Source of the DNA: Isurus oxyrinchus
Taxonomy: Eukaryota
Direction: 5' to 3'
NCBI GenBank assembly: GCA_026770705.1
Contig: JANJGN010000062.1
Location: 1,488,001-1,552,000 of the forward strand
DNA: 64,000 bases
Under the pieces are notes generated by a model. It did not search any database and had not been told where the DNA came from. It worked only from the letters and a program-made list of their open reading frames with translations. The position numbers were made by a program, and so were the translations under genes. Position 1 is the stretch's first letter; every line of letters begins with the position of its first letter. Shown in pieces: positions 39,890-52,699 of this stretch.

Positions 39890-41230
39890 ATTTTATCAAT
39901 GACTAAAGCCAACCCGATCCCAATCAGTCTACTCTCCATCATCAGTAAAATCAGAAGCGACTCATGCTTAGCAATCTCCTGCTCAGTGTCGATCAGTATG
40001 GGTTCATTATTATTTTCGGCCTTGGCTCAAACATGGACAACAAACCTGAACTACCAAGGTGAGGGGTCAGTGACTGCCTTTGACATCAGGGCGTTATGTG
40101 ACCGCAGCGCGGCTTCAAGTAGCCCGAGTGAAACTGGAGTCTTTGGGATCCAAGGGAATGAAAAAAAAAACTTGCCTTTGCTTGGAGTAACATATACCAT
40201 ACAGGAAAATGGCTGTGGCTTTTGGAGGCCATGGATCTCAGTTGTAGGGCACCACTGCAGGAGTTCCTCGGATTAGTGCCCTCGGCCCAGTCATCTTCAG
40301 CTGCTTCATGAATGACCTTCCTTTCATCAGAAGGTGAGAATAGGGAATGTTCGCTGTTGATTGCACCGTGATCATCACCGTTCACAACAGCTCAGGTTCT
40401 GAAATTGTCCTTGACTAAATGCAGCACAATTTTGAAAATATCCACTCTTGTGCTGACATGTGACAAGTAACATTCACTCCACAAAGGTGCCAGACAATTA
40501 CCATCTCCCATAAGGGAGAATCTAACCTTGACATTTAATGGCATGGTCATCTCTGAATCCCCCGCTATCAAAATCGTGGTGCTTACAATTGACCATCAAT
40601 TGAACTGGAATAGCCAGGTAAACACTTTGACTACAAGAGCATGTCAGATTCTCGGAACCCTGAGGTGAGCAGTTCAACTCCTGACTCCACAGAACCTGTA
40701 CATAGTCGACAAGGCACAAGTCAGGAGCCTAATGGAAAACTCTTCACTTGAGTGGACGATTGCACGACTAACAACACCCAAGAAGCTCGTCAACATACGG
40801 AACTAGGAACTCTGCTTGATTGCTATCCCTTCCCACAAACATTCACTCCCATCACATCGAAGAACAGTAGCATCAATGTGCATCATCTGTAGGAGGTACT
40901 GCAGAATCTCACTAACTCCCCTGTGGCAGCACCATCTGAGCGCCGGACCAGGGCCATTTAGTGGGACACGGGAATAGCATACATGAGATCACCGACATTT
41001 GGAATGTCCCTCCAAGCCACAAGCCTTTCTGACTTGGAAATTTATTGCCTTTAATTCAGTGTCACTGGCTCAGAATGCTGGAAACCTGTGTTCAACAGCT
41101 TTGCGCGGGTACTTACAATAGAGGGGCTACAAAGCTACAAGAATGCAGCTCACCACCACCTTTGCAAAGACAATTGTGTTCGGGCAATAAATTCTGGCCA
41201 AGCCAGTGTCGCCCATATCCAACAAATTCA
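39890..41230 (+). mobile_element. Non-LTR retrotransposon RT/3' fragment (lineage B, CR1/L2 group)
   Basis: PISLLSIISK; gagttcctcggattagtgccctcggcccagtcatcttcagctgcttcatgaatgaccttc (GVPxxSxLGP...FSCFMNDLP); KAQVRSLME. Confidence 0.82.
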
Positions 41231-41745
41231 AGAAATAAGTGGTATCAGCTCAAGAGGAGCATACTCCTAACAAAGCCTTGTTCAATCGCCAATATGAATG
41301 GACTTTTAAAGAGATCCAGTTCAAACCGCAAATGTGAGCAGGTGATGGAAGGAATAATCACAAGAAATCATCTACTCTGAAGTCAGTGGCGGGAGGTGCA
41401 GGAGGCAGATTTCTCCCAGAAGGAGGAGGAAAAACAATTCAGGGATGTTTCCAACGCATCCCTGAAGACACTCAGCTAACCCCGCGACTTATCTGAGAAC
41501 GCGGTTGGCCGCAATCCAGCAAACACAAACGTGCATAAACTAAGTCGAGATGATGGATGGAGCGCACAACAGTTCGGACAACCTGTCTACCCAACCATTC
41601 AAGCAGCGCATGTGCCGTTAGTGAGAGACTCCGCAGTTCATCCAATGGACTATCAGTCATTTCAGAACCGATATTAGCAGAGAATAAGAAAGTCACCAAC
41701 AATACAGAGAGACAGTCTGAGAAGATAAATAAATCTCTGTCTCAC

Positions 41746-41871
41746 CCAGAGTTAAAATATCACCGCCGGTATTTTCCCGTGTGACGAAATCATCATGAAC
41801 ACGGTCCAGCAGCAAGTGATCGCCCTTAGAATCATTGTCTGTAGTCTCAGCACCGTCGTAATCACAGAAAG
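41746..41871 (-). CDS. SRCR receptor cytoplasmic exon 3
   Basis: ttcctcccag acceptor, gtgaga donor, 126 nt, phase 1/1: (A)FCDYDGAETTDNDSKGDHLLLDRVHDDFVTRENTGGDILTL. The terminal exon was not identified with certainty. Confidence 0.75.
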
Positions 41872-42404
41872 CTGGGAGGAACAAACGACTTTCATTGAGA
41901 TTAATTGCTAACAATGAAGAGTTGGAATAAAATTGAGACTTGTCAACAAAACATTCCGAGGAGAGAACAGTGGTTCTGTTGCACTAACAGGGGAGGGCGT
42001 TTAATGTGTGGATAATTTTTGGAACATTTCGCGTCACAGTATTATTATTTTATGTTTTGATGTCACGTGTCTCACTGACCCAATGATCTCGACAGCCTGC
42101 ATGCGCATTGCACATTTCGCAGGTTACTGGGCCTTGTGATGAAACTAATAATATGATATGTACTGTAAGTTAAAGCATTTCACTCCTTTGTATTATTGAG
42201 TACAATCACATGATTTTGATATGATATTGTATCAGCCTGAATGTATTTCAGAAGCGCTTTTATCTAAAGTCACTGTAGTAGCTGATATCATCGTCCGTGC
42301 AACTTAATGGTGTTTTTGTTCTTGTTAATACTTCACATTCGATTGTTGATATTACTGAGTGCGAAGGATGAAAACGAGACGGTCGGAAGTAAAACTTTAC
42401 CCAC

Positions 42405-42515
42405 CCTGAATACTGGATGAGTTCTCGTCAGGAGTTTGCGATCCAAGACTTTTGAAATCCAAAATGTGGCTGGTGTAATATTCGATATCATTGAGCGAAA
42501 CAATGGAAGCAGAAA
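42405..42515 (-). CDS. SRCR receptor cytoplasmic exon 2
   Basis: tttctttaacag acceptor, gtgggt donor, 111 nt: (V)SASIVSLNDIEYYTSHILDFKSLGSQTPDENSSSIQ. Confidence 0.8.
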
Positions 42516-42699
42516 CTGTTAAAGAAAGGGGACAAAATAATTTGGTTCTTGGAGCAATTGTTTATATCATTATATTCTCCACACGGTAAAGAAGTGTTCA
42601 GACCTTTGGAGTAGAGGTTACAATAAATAATCCCCTGCCCAAAACTCCCCTTCCCTTTCATTTTCAGAGACGTTAATTCCGCAGCATTTGACGGAGGAG

Positions 42700-44770
42700 A
42701 AAGGAACTCATGGGCAATGGAACCAAAAAGAGACCAAGAATTTTATGATCCTTATTTTCAGCATTTTTGGATTCCTTTTGCTCATAACACGGTTTTCGTT
42801 CTTGTAAAGTGCTGCGAGCCTCATCATCTACTGTTCTATATTTTATAATAATATGCGGATCAGAACCCTAAATTATACTCCAAATTCCCTCGAACTAATG
42901 TTCGATCGAGGTTCAACAGAGTAATATTGTTATTCAAGGACAAATATCCAGAAATAAATTAGTGTTTGCTTTGGTTTTGTACAGCCTGATCATTCTGGAT
43001 CGATTTTCTTTCTTTATTCGTTTCCCTGAACTCCTGCATTCAACGATTTTAGTATTTAATTCCGATTCATTGTTACAGATCGAAAATTAATTCTTACTTT
43101 TTATACTAGATTGAAATTCCCCATAATTATTATGTAGAGATTCATTTGCCAATCGCATGTTCTTTGTCGGAAATTTATTAATGTCTGTTTTTAAAATGCT
43201 TTCACTGCCCCGAGCCACCACAATTTGGTCACTAGATAAATTTAGAAAAATATATCGTTTTCATCCAAAATCTAAATCATTCAGATTAATTTATAACATC
43301 AGTAATCCCAGCAGTGATGCGTTTTAAATACCCATTCCCACTTTCCTCCCCCTACATAACTACCTTGTATAACACTCTGTTTCTTGTCTTGCAGGCAGCA
43401 GGCTACTCATTCCCATAGGTGTCACTTGACTCCATGTAAATGTAATGAATAAGAGCAAACAGTGCTTTTCCTGATCACCATATGTCCAAAGCTGTTTGCA
43501 GCTAATGGACACTTGTGACGTATCGTCACTATTGAAATATGGGACAGGTGGCAGACAATTTGTAAACAAAAATTCTTTCCACGGGCAACCACAGCAATGT
43601 ACTAATTAGCAGATAATCTGACTTTGTGATTTTGTTCAAGATATACATATTTGTCAGTATACCAAGGGCATGTCTAAATTCTCCAGGAGAAGATATTTTG
43701 GTCACCACTTAAACAATGACTCTGAAAGAGAACACTGCCAAGAGCGCATCAGCTGCTCATTTCTGCACCACAGTGTCTCCTTGATATTTCTGAGCAAGTA
43801 CTGGAGTGGAACTGGATGCCAGAAGATATTGAATGAGAAGCAAATTTGACACCCACTGGGCAATAGCTGAGATGTAAGCACTTGTATTATCCATCGGTAT
43901 GTTAAGGGCACAGTTCCAAAAATTATTTTTCAAATCCACAGAATGTATGTCCTCACTGCTAACCTTATCTATGCTGTTACATTTTTGAACATTTTGCTGA
44001 CGTTCATAAAGTGACAGTTCCCATTATCGAGTGTTTGCTGGCTGCTAGTTTAGTCGTTTGATGCTAATTTGTACCCTTTTCCTCCTTTGTATCAATTGAA
44101 TAAGTTTTTCTCCTACCAACGTTCAGGCAACGGATCTTTTGTCCCTGGACATTTTACTTCTCCATATTTAATTGCACATTTAATTTTAGTTACCTGCCAG
44201 GATCGTGGCACTACCACCGCTTGAAATGAATTGTTTGATCACTGTAAATGTGCCTCTGCTATCTTATTTTCTTTCCGTAATTAATGGATGCAAACTGTTC
44301 TGACCAATGATGTTTTTTGGTAAGATTTTTTTTTACTTTCTTTTTAAATGAATTGTTGTCGCTCCTAATCTAATTTTCCAAAGTCATGCCCTCTTACCCC
44401 TGGTGAATACTAAAATAATGTTGTTAAGTAATATTTCTGATATTTCATGAATGCCGCTCTTATTCTTTCAGTTCCTTTTTGGAACACTGTCATGCCATAT
44501 TGACCTACCCTTACTTTGTACCGTTAAATATTCTACTAATTTGCTAGACAATCCACGATCATTTCATTGACTAGTCATTATTATCACCATAACTACATTT
44601 TTCATCTTTCTTCACGTTCTCCCTTATCCTGCATGCCACCACAATTCTTCCCATCATTGTTATTCTTCCCTAACTTATCGTTATTTCTTTTTTTGCCATG
44701 TGCTCTTGTTCCCAATGGTTTGGCCCAGTGTTTAGCATATTCTTATTAGTTATTGAAAAATGTTCTCGTG
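42700..44770 (-). mobile_element. Old, highly decayed CR1 fragment (intronic)
   Basis: Reverse-strand similarity to CR1 ORF2 and its 3' end; interrupted by a SINE. Confidence 0.55.
43480..43870 (-). mobile_element. tRNA-derived Deu-type SINE (SacSINE1-like), decayed
   Basis: Reverse strand begins tcagctattgcccagtggg...tccagttccactccag (tRNA A/B-box-like head) followed by a Deu-like body. Family name is from recollection. Confidence 0.55.
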
Positions 44771-45242
44771 GATTCTGTTGAAAGTAGTTTGAATGTGTTT
44801 TTCTTTCCATTATAGGTATTCATAATGTTGGATAAATGATACCCGAATATGATTCTCAGCCCCTGAGATCAGCGGCCCTGTAGGCTATCATAGTTGATGA
44901 GAGTGGATTGCATTTTCTGTTTTATAATCCTCTCTTTGCATAATTTTGTCAGTCTGATACCTAATAAATGCAGTGAGCAGTCCCTTGGGAAGTTGGAAAC
45001 ACTGATCTGATCGCTATTTTCCACCAAACGGCAAAGCACCCTTTAGGTAACACAGAATTTTGGGAAATTTGAGAAGCTCATTACTCTTCTCACATAACAA
45101 AAGTAAGCGGAGATAGGAAACTTTCACATGAGTAAAGTGAGTGGAATGCCTGTTGGACCCATTCATTGCCCTGACTTTTAACGGGGGTGAACGGAAAGGG
45201 AGTTCCCCAGTGCGTATTGGCTTTGCAATGGAAGTTACAAAC

Positions 45243-45350
45243 CTGAGCCACGGGTCAGAGCTGGATCCTTGACAGGTGGTATATTTTCAATTTCTTCATA
45301 AATTGCTTGGTACAAATCAATTGGTGAAGCCCAACTGCCAGTGGCAAAAC
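45243..45350 (-). CDS. SRCR receptor cytoplasmic exon 1 (YEEI motif)
   Basis: tctccatcag acceptor, gtttgt donor, 108 nt: (G)FATGSWASPIDLYQAIYEEIENIPPVKDPALTRGS. Confidence 0.88.
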
Positions 45351-46399
45351 CTGATGGAGACAATGTGGAGGGATTAACATTTTGTTGCATTTTACTTTGC
45401 TGAATATTAAAATGTTTTCAAATAATATCACAAAACAGATGGTGAATGTGAATGCAAAAAGTCAGTGAGCTGGCTTTGAATGATCTTTTGTTAAGTACGT
45501 TTTATTTTACAAGAGAGTGCATATCCAAATGTGTGTGTGAGAGAGATAAAATGAGAGACAGAGAGAGAGACGTTATGTACATGGGGCTGTGTCTGTGTGG
45601 GCGTGTGCATGTGTGGGTAACCGCATGGAAGCATGTTCAACTCCATCAGACTAGGGGAAATTTAATTAAGGTCGGAAAAGACGAAACAAGGCGTTTCCGG
45701 GAGGAATCAATTTCAGCTGAAAACTCTGTCGTGAGACCCAAGGAGATTTTAGCTGAAGAGAAGCAGGGGAAAAAATGATTGATTCTGCTGAGAGCATCAG
45801 GTTGGAAAGACGAGTGAGGAGCTGACCTTTCTTTTATGTATCGCATCAACATTAAAATTAATTTGCTTTGCGCATCGAACAGGAATGTGATGGTTGTTCA
45901 GATCAGAGTAGTTACTTATGTCAATGTACACAATATTCAAAAATTGGTGCTGAAAATCCCATCGAAGTCTCACATCTCAAAATTATGGATCAATTCTGGC
46001 TATGGAGAATGAGAATGGGCATCAGGGCACGGAAACTCAAGGAGTGGACGGACACTGATTGGATTGACTTCGAATGACGGAAACGTCATGGCAGGGCACT
46101 AAGTCTAAAATGCTTCAAATAACCTTCAGATCTGTGGCTGCAACAATTGATTGACCTTCAGACGCAGTAGCGGTGGAATCATTAGGACTGAGAATGTGGA
46201 CATTCAAGTGATTCTTCAATTTAAATGACACATTTCACTGTTTGACCAAGTACCTTGAACGAAAATTCTCGTTAAATTGCTTAACATAAGTTTCCAACAT
46301 GACAAGTGACATTCAATGGAAAAGGGCAATAAAGTGAATTCTCGCCAGTGTATGAGGCATGAAGGCCACTGAAAAAAAAACACTGGAGCCAATAGGATT

Positions 46400-47470
46400 C
46401 AGGGGGAAATTCTTCACTGCGTGAAGTCAGAGTGAGCATAGAACAAGGGAATTGTGGTTGTTGGATGTCAATCATCCATCAGTAGTTGGACATTAATGCA
46501 GGAGCTCCTCAGCATAGCGTGCTAGGACCAACGATCTTCATGTGTTTCATCAATGACCATGTCTTCATCTGAAGGTCATCAGTGAAGATTTCCACTGATG
46601 ATGGCACAATGTTTATTACCGGTCCCAAATCCTCAGCTACTGCAGCAGGCCATGCCCACATGCTGTCAGACATGGACCATATCCAGGCCTGACATTCATA
46701 GTGGAGAGTAAAATTCGTGCCTCACTAGTGCCAGGAAATGACGATCTACAACAAGGTGCAATCCAACTGTCAGCCTTTGACATTCAGTGGCATTGCCATC
46801 ACTGATTCCCCCACTAACAACATCCCAGGCATTTCCATTGACCAGAAACTGAACTGGGCTTGTGATATGAATGATGTGGTGACAAAAGCAGGTAAGAGAC
46901 AAGAAACCCTTCTGAGGAACTCAACACCAGACTAGGCAAATCCTTTCCATCGTCTGCAAGGGACAATCAGGAGTGTTCCTGAATATTATCCACTTGCCTG
47001 TTTGAGAGCAGCTACAACAAAATTCTAGAGGTTTGCCGCCATCCAGAATAAAGCTTTCTGCTTTTTTGGCACCATATCCACAACCAATCACTCCATTCAT
47101 CATCCGCTTACAGTGGCAGCAGTGTGTACTGTGTATAAGATGCACTTGAAGAATCCAGTAAGGCTACTGAGGTAGGACCTTCCAAAACCACATAAACAAC
47201 CAAGGAGAATGACAAGCGAAGCAGAGATATGGGAAAACCACTTACTGGAAGTCACCCTCCAAGCCTGTCACTATTTTTATTTAGATATTTGTCGCCGTTC
47301 TGACGCAGTCGCTGGGTCAAATCCTTAAACTCCCTCCATAAAAGTACGGTGGTGTACCTATACAACATGGACTGCAACGGTTCAAGAAGTCATCTCATCA
47401 CGACTTTCTCAAGGGCAATATTGGATGACCAATGAATGCAGGACTGCCAGAGAGTCTCAAATATCATTCA
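46400..47470 (+). mobile_element. Non-LTR retrotransposon RT/3' fragment (lineage B), intronic
   Basis: GAPQHSVLGPTIFMCFINDH; IPGISIDQKLNW; colinear with 40230-41230. Confidence 0.82.
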
Positions 47471-47537
47471 TAAATTGAAATAAAAAATAAAAATATCCGA
47501 GATTCAATGTGAAGTGAGTGGTAATGTTTGTCCTCAC

Positions 47538-47654
47538 CTTTCCTTGATGATTGCCTCCGCATTACCACAATTAGTAGGATGAACTCACAGATCAACAGGA
47601 TACCGATTGTTATACCAATCACAAGAGGGATGGAAGTGATATTGTCTTCATGTC
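47538..47654 (-). CDS. SRCR receptor transmembrane exon
   Basis: 117 nt, AG acceptor and gtgagg donor: (G)HEDNITSIPLVIGITIGILLICEFILLIVVMRRQSSRK, a hydrophobic helix followed by a basic stop-transfer. Confidence 0.92.
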
Positions 47655-47839
47655 CTTAATGAAATGTTAAAGAAAGATTCAACTAGGACACAGGATGCTT
47701 TGTATTGTTAAACGGTCCAACATTCTGAAACACTAAGATTAACTTCAGAATTTCTTTATAAAAACAAGCAAATGCCAATTATATCAGATCATTCTGAACA
47801 TTAGCCTTGACAGGAATACTCATTATTCATAAGACCAAC

Positions 47840-47881
47840 CTGCGGGTGTGGATGGAAAAGCAGCCGATGACAACTCTGGAC
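47840..47881 (-). CDS. SRCR receptor Pro/Ser/Thr stalk exon
   Basis: 42 nt, phase 1/1, atag acceptor and gttggt donor: (G)PELSSAAFPSTPA. Confidence 0.75.
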
Positions 47882-48029
47882 CTATGGGTTATGAAACAAA
47901 AAATATAGAACTTTAACTTAGAAAGTCATCTCTTTTTCATCATTTACAAATTCATGAGACGTATTCAGCAAACAATCACCAACCGCCAATCTCCGGGCCC
48001 CTACTCGCACCATTCTGCAATACCCTTAC

Positions 48030-48347
48030 CGGAACAAATCACACTGGCGTCCTCCTTGTGATCACAGTCAGTTTGAGCAGACGCTAAGGAAGGACAATCA
48101 GAGAGAAAGGATTCACTTCCGGTACACCTCACCTCATCAAACCACATGTCACCTTCACCCTGTCCAAAAGTGGCCCCTGCTGTGGCCAATAGAGCAGAGC
48201 CACAATGCAGCTGTCTGCAGACAACATTGGCATCGGCCATATCCCAAGAGTCATCACACACTGTGCTCCAGTTGTTTTTGCACATTATCTCCACTTGCCC
48301 GGAGCAGTTGGTGTTACCTCCAATCAGGCGCAAACCTACATCTGAAT
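48030..48347 (-). CDS. SRCR domain 7 exon (group B)
   Basis: 318 nt, AG...gtaagg: LRLIGGNTNCSGQVEIMCKNNWSTVCDDSWDMADANVVCRQLHCG...CDHKEDASVICS. Confidence 0.95.
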
Positions 48348-48435
48348 CTGTCAAAGAGAATCAATCACTATTATTTCTGCACAAAAATACAGGTAGACAA
48401 CTCAGATAATTGATCTATTAAAGTGGAGCAATCAC

Positions 48436-48492
48436 CTGATTCTCGACCACAATCCTTTTCACTTTTGGGCTGGCCCTTCGTTATCTTTCTTC
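48436..48492 (-). CDS. Interdomain linker exon
   Basis: 57 nt, ctcaacag acceptor and gtgatt donor, phase 1/1, open: (G)RKITKGQPKSEKDCGRES. Flanking introns are 83 and 88 nt. Confidence 0.75.
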
Positions 48493-48575
48493 CTGTTGAG
48501 GAAATAAACGTGCTGACTCATTTGGACATCAATGAATGAAATAACACTCGCACATTGGAAGGTTTGTTTTGTTAC

Positions 48576-48893
48576 CTGAACATGAAACGCCTGCATCCTC
48601 TTTGTGATTACAGTTGTGTTGTCCCCACTGGTCTGTCTGACACTGCCAGATGGTCGACTCGTGTGAAATACATTCTATTTCATCGAGCCAAATAGGTCCG
48701 GATCCTTCTCCGAATGACTGAGTGGTATAGTCTATAGAAACCAGGGGGCCACACTGTAACTGTTTACAGATCACCTCAGCATCATGGCGATCCAGTGCTT
48801 CCGAACACACTGTTCCCCAGATCCCATTGTAGAACACTTCCGCCCGCCCCTCACAGCGATGCTTTCCATTCACCAGCCGCAGCGCTTTGTGTT
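48576..48893 (-). CDS. SRCR domain 6 exon
   Basis: 318 nt: [26 protein letters not shown]...[12 protein letters not shown]; canonical splice sites. Confidence 0.95.
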
Positions 48894-49883
48894 CTATCAA
48901 TGAAAGAAGAAATCTCCAGATGTTTCCAGTGATAAAATGAATCATGTCAACAGTGCCCCCTCCACCCAAGTTGTGCCAGAGGTGTTCACTGAATAGAGAT
49001 AATTATTCCAGAAATGTAACAGTGATACATGTACAGTCCAATTATATAATCAATGATAATCAACACAGATTTCAAAAGAGTGAACTATAGATCTTCCAAT
49101 TCATTGAATTACTTGAGGAAGTTTCAGAAAGATTATGTGGAGATAATAATGTCCATGTAATCCACATGGATTTTGAAAACAATAACTTTCAAAAAGTTTT
49201 CAAACAGCTGCATTAAGGCTGAGAACAGGGAAATGAAATTGCCGGCACAATATTAAAGGAAGAGCAAACAAGCAACAACGCAGGATTTCATATATAATAG
49301 CAGAAGTTGGGGCGTGCTGTACACATGGATTATTGCTGGGGCTCACATCTGTTTCAGATTAACATATTACATTTGGTATTTGGAATTGAAGTAAATGTTC
49401 AAAATGCACTACGGTTTGCAGTTAATACCAAGACAGGTTCCATTAACTGCAGGAAGACGGTCGGAGACAGCAGGATAGGCTTGTCAATACTGAAATTATT
49501 TCAATGCTGATTAGAATAAAGTCGTGATTTTTTCGGACAAAGAAACACAAGAGCCAAACAAATTGGGATTTAGGAGATTTTCTGTTTCGCTTTCTATTAC
49601 CCAGATAGAAGGAGAATGTGGAACATGGAACATGTACATTTAGTGGGGGCGAATTGTGGTGATGCCTTGAATGTGACGTTTGATAAAGGCACGAGGGGAA
49701 AATACAGAGTGCAATACAGCTCAGACCACATGAAATGATGTAAGATTATGAGCAGAATAAGCAGCAGTCAGACGCATTGAGCAGAATGACCAGTTGATGT
49801 ACAGTTTCTGGGCCATTCAGTAAAATTCCATCTGTCTGAATCTTCTCGTATGAAGGAAATAAGTGCATTTACGTCACCCTTAC

Positions 49884-50198
49884 CTGAGCACATGATCTTC
49901 ACATCTTCTTTATGAGAACAGTCGTGGGCACCCCAATGTTCAGAAGGACATTGCCAGAGATACGATTCCTCCCCTGAACACTCCAAGCCTTCCAACCAAA
50001 CTGGACCTGAGCCTGCTCCGCAAGAGGCAGGAAGTGTCACGTCCAAAGCCTTTCCGCAATGCAGCTGTTTGCAAACGACGTCAGCGTCTGTCAGATCCCA
50101 GGAATCATCACAAACTGAGCCCCAGGTCCCGTTGTAGTAAATCTCCACTCGGCCTGCACATGGGCTTCCACCGTCTGACAGCCTTAACTGTTTGTGTT
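49884..50198 (-). CDS. SRCR domain 5 exon
   Basis: 315 nt: [45 protein letters not shown]...[12 protein letters not shown]; canonical splice sites. Confidence 0.95.
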
Positions 50199-51174
50199 CT
50201 GATCCAAAGAAGACAATCTTTATTACGAGGATTCGATTACGCATTTATGTCATAACACAAATTGAAACTATTGGATATTATCCAGCAAAAGTAATAAAAC
50301 AAATCACTTGACTATGACAGGTAACTGTTTCTATAGTTGAGACCATGTATCTCTAATTACTTGGAAATTTATAATGTGGAGTGCACAAAGATTTCAAATA
50401 TTCCTACACCTGATTCCATCGATATTTTGGCTTGCAGTTCACGTATTGTGTGCTCAGTGCTGTGTGCCCTGTTTCAACCTCAGCTGAACTTTTTTGTATT
50501 CATCGTTCCACCTAAACTACTTATGAACATCAATTGTACACAACTTTTTCTCTCCCCTGCACGTATCTCGAAAACTTATTTCAGTCGATTTCTGATTATC
50601 TCGCTTTTTTATTTTGATTATATTGAAAAAAAATGCTGCAAATCCTCAGGGGATCTGGCAGCTTCAATGGAAACAAGAAACCAAGTGACTTTGAAGAATG
50701 ACATTTCATAGAAGCTCAGCCTTCTGCTGCTGAAAGACATGTAAGTGCATCGTTTTTTCATGGATTGAATAATGCAGAAATCCCATGAGCGGCCTGTCGC
50801 TCTGACGAGTATGTGAACGGCAATTCTATGAAAACGCTGTTAAATTAACACACGATTTCGCACCAAGCTGTAAGGCCCCTCCCAACACCACACCGCCCCG
50901 CCCCTCACAACTCCCCCCGCCCCGCACTAACAGAAGTGCTGTCAGAATTCCCTGTTTGAGAGAAAATTTTGAATTCCGTCGTTAATAAATGCGCAGCAAA
51001 AATGCATGTCCTGCTTGTTGATCAGTTCTGTGCGTGCCCACTCTCCCCACGTTAGCCCTCCAATGCTAAGCAGTTAGGTTAAAAGAACTCGAGGAACAAG
51101 TGGCGTATATTCACACCTCCCTCCTTATTAGATATTTCTATTTATGTTCCGGTAAAATTGAACTATTTATTCAC

Positions 51175-51489
51175 CTGAACACAGAACCCCGACGCCGACA
51201 CTTTCATTGAGAGACGAATTCATTGCAAATGAGCTGCAGTTGCGGAGATGCAGTTCATTTCCTCCACACTGGACATCATTCACCCACACAGGCCCTTCAC
51301 TCTCTCCATACATTGCAGAGGTATAAGCGAAAAGTGCGACACCACATCCTAGTTGCTTGCAGACCACGGTAGCATCATGGAGGTCCCAGAGGCTGTCCTG
51401 TACTCTGCCCCAGCGACCGTTGTGGTAAATTTCCACCCGACCATCACAGCGGCTTCCCCCATTCGTCAATCTCAGTGACCAACTTTCAT
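51175..51489 (-). CDS. SRCR domain 4 exon (6-Cys variant)
   Basis: 315 nt: LRLTNGGSRCDGRVEIYHNGRWGRVQDSLW...VGVLCS; lacks Cys2 and Cys7. Confidence 0.93.
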
Positions 51490-52699
51490 CTAGAAGATGA
51501 GAGCAAGGGGTAACATTCAAACAAATCATGCACATTTGACTCAATATAACCGGGGCAATGATTATTCACGTAAATGTTCTGACCCTAGTGCCAAGGTGAG
51601 GCAGATCAGTGGGACCCTGCTGAGCACGCTGATGCGGGAGGGTGAGCAGTCAGCATTCGTTCTCCGTTAGTGGAACAATTTCAGAGGTAGGAAGAGGGGT
51701 GTAGTCCTGCAGATGATTTTTAAGGATGTTGCAAACAATCTAGTAAATTGCCATCAACGGAGTAATATCCTGATAATATTGAAATATCCCAGCACAACGT
51801 ACGAGCGATAGAACTAATGAACATGTCGCAAGATAAACGGTGCACGAGAGTCCTAATGAAGCTCATGTGACTTTGTGACCTGTTCTCATGCACTCATAGA
51901 CTCAGTTCTGTGAAGAAAGGACCAATGGGTGTTTTCATGTGTTTCACATGAAAAAAAATCCGGCGGCAATGTCCGTCTGGTTTATTGGTTGGACAGTACA
52001 GAATGAATTTGTCAGGGATTTGGGAACGGGCAGATATGGTTAGAGAGAAAAACCAAACTGCACAGAAAAGTAGAAAAGAAAGATTGCAATAACGGAGGAA
52101 ATAATGTGGTGTTATTCGTGATAAGCACAACCGGGGTTGTATAATGGCCTCAATTATATTTACTTTTCAGGTGTGTGAACGTACATTGCAATAAATGATG
52201 TTCGTGACGTGCAGGGTCTGAAAATGACTGAGGAGCAATAATGGAAAATTGACTTAGACAAGTGCAGGACTATGCAAAAACTCAAAGGCTCCCTGGGTGA
52301 TTAAAGAGATGGGGATTAAGGTGAAGCAGAAATAAATATATATGGATAGGATATTGAATTTGGATAATGCAAGCGAGATCCAAGATGAATGTACAATATC
52401 CAGACCATATAAGAGACTCCCACTAACATAAAACGGGATCTTACAGTCTTATATAGGCACAAAACAGACACCAAAAAGGAAATCGGCATATAAAGGCTGA
52501 TGTTATGGCTCAGCTGCTGAGTCAGCATTTTGAGTATTTTTTTTGCTAAGGAAGAAAATGCTCCTCAATGCTGGACAAAGAATAGGCAGATGAAATAAAA
52601 TGGAGTGTTTAGATATTTATAAAGAGGACGAATTGGCTTGGGCAACTGATGTTGAATTTGACGGGACACATCGATTGGATGACGTGTATTCGGGGAGAA

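Noticed and set aside
39674-40276. Longest ORF in the track (200 aa)
   Set aside because: It runs into a decayed LINE RT fragment (PISLLSIISK); there is no evidence of a host gene.
41472-41702. ORF downstream of the last assigned cytoplasmic exon as the terminal exon
   Set aside because: No acceptor gives this frame. An AG at about 41650 would yield VHWMNCGVSH-stop but is weakly supported, so the terminal exon is left unassigned.
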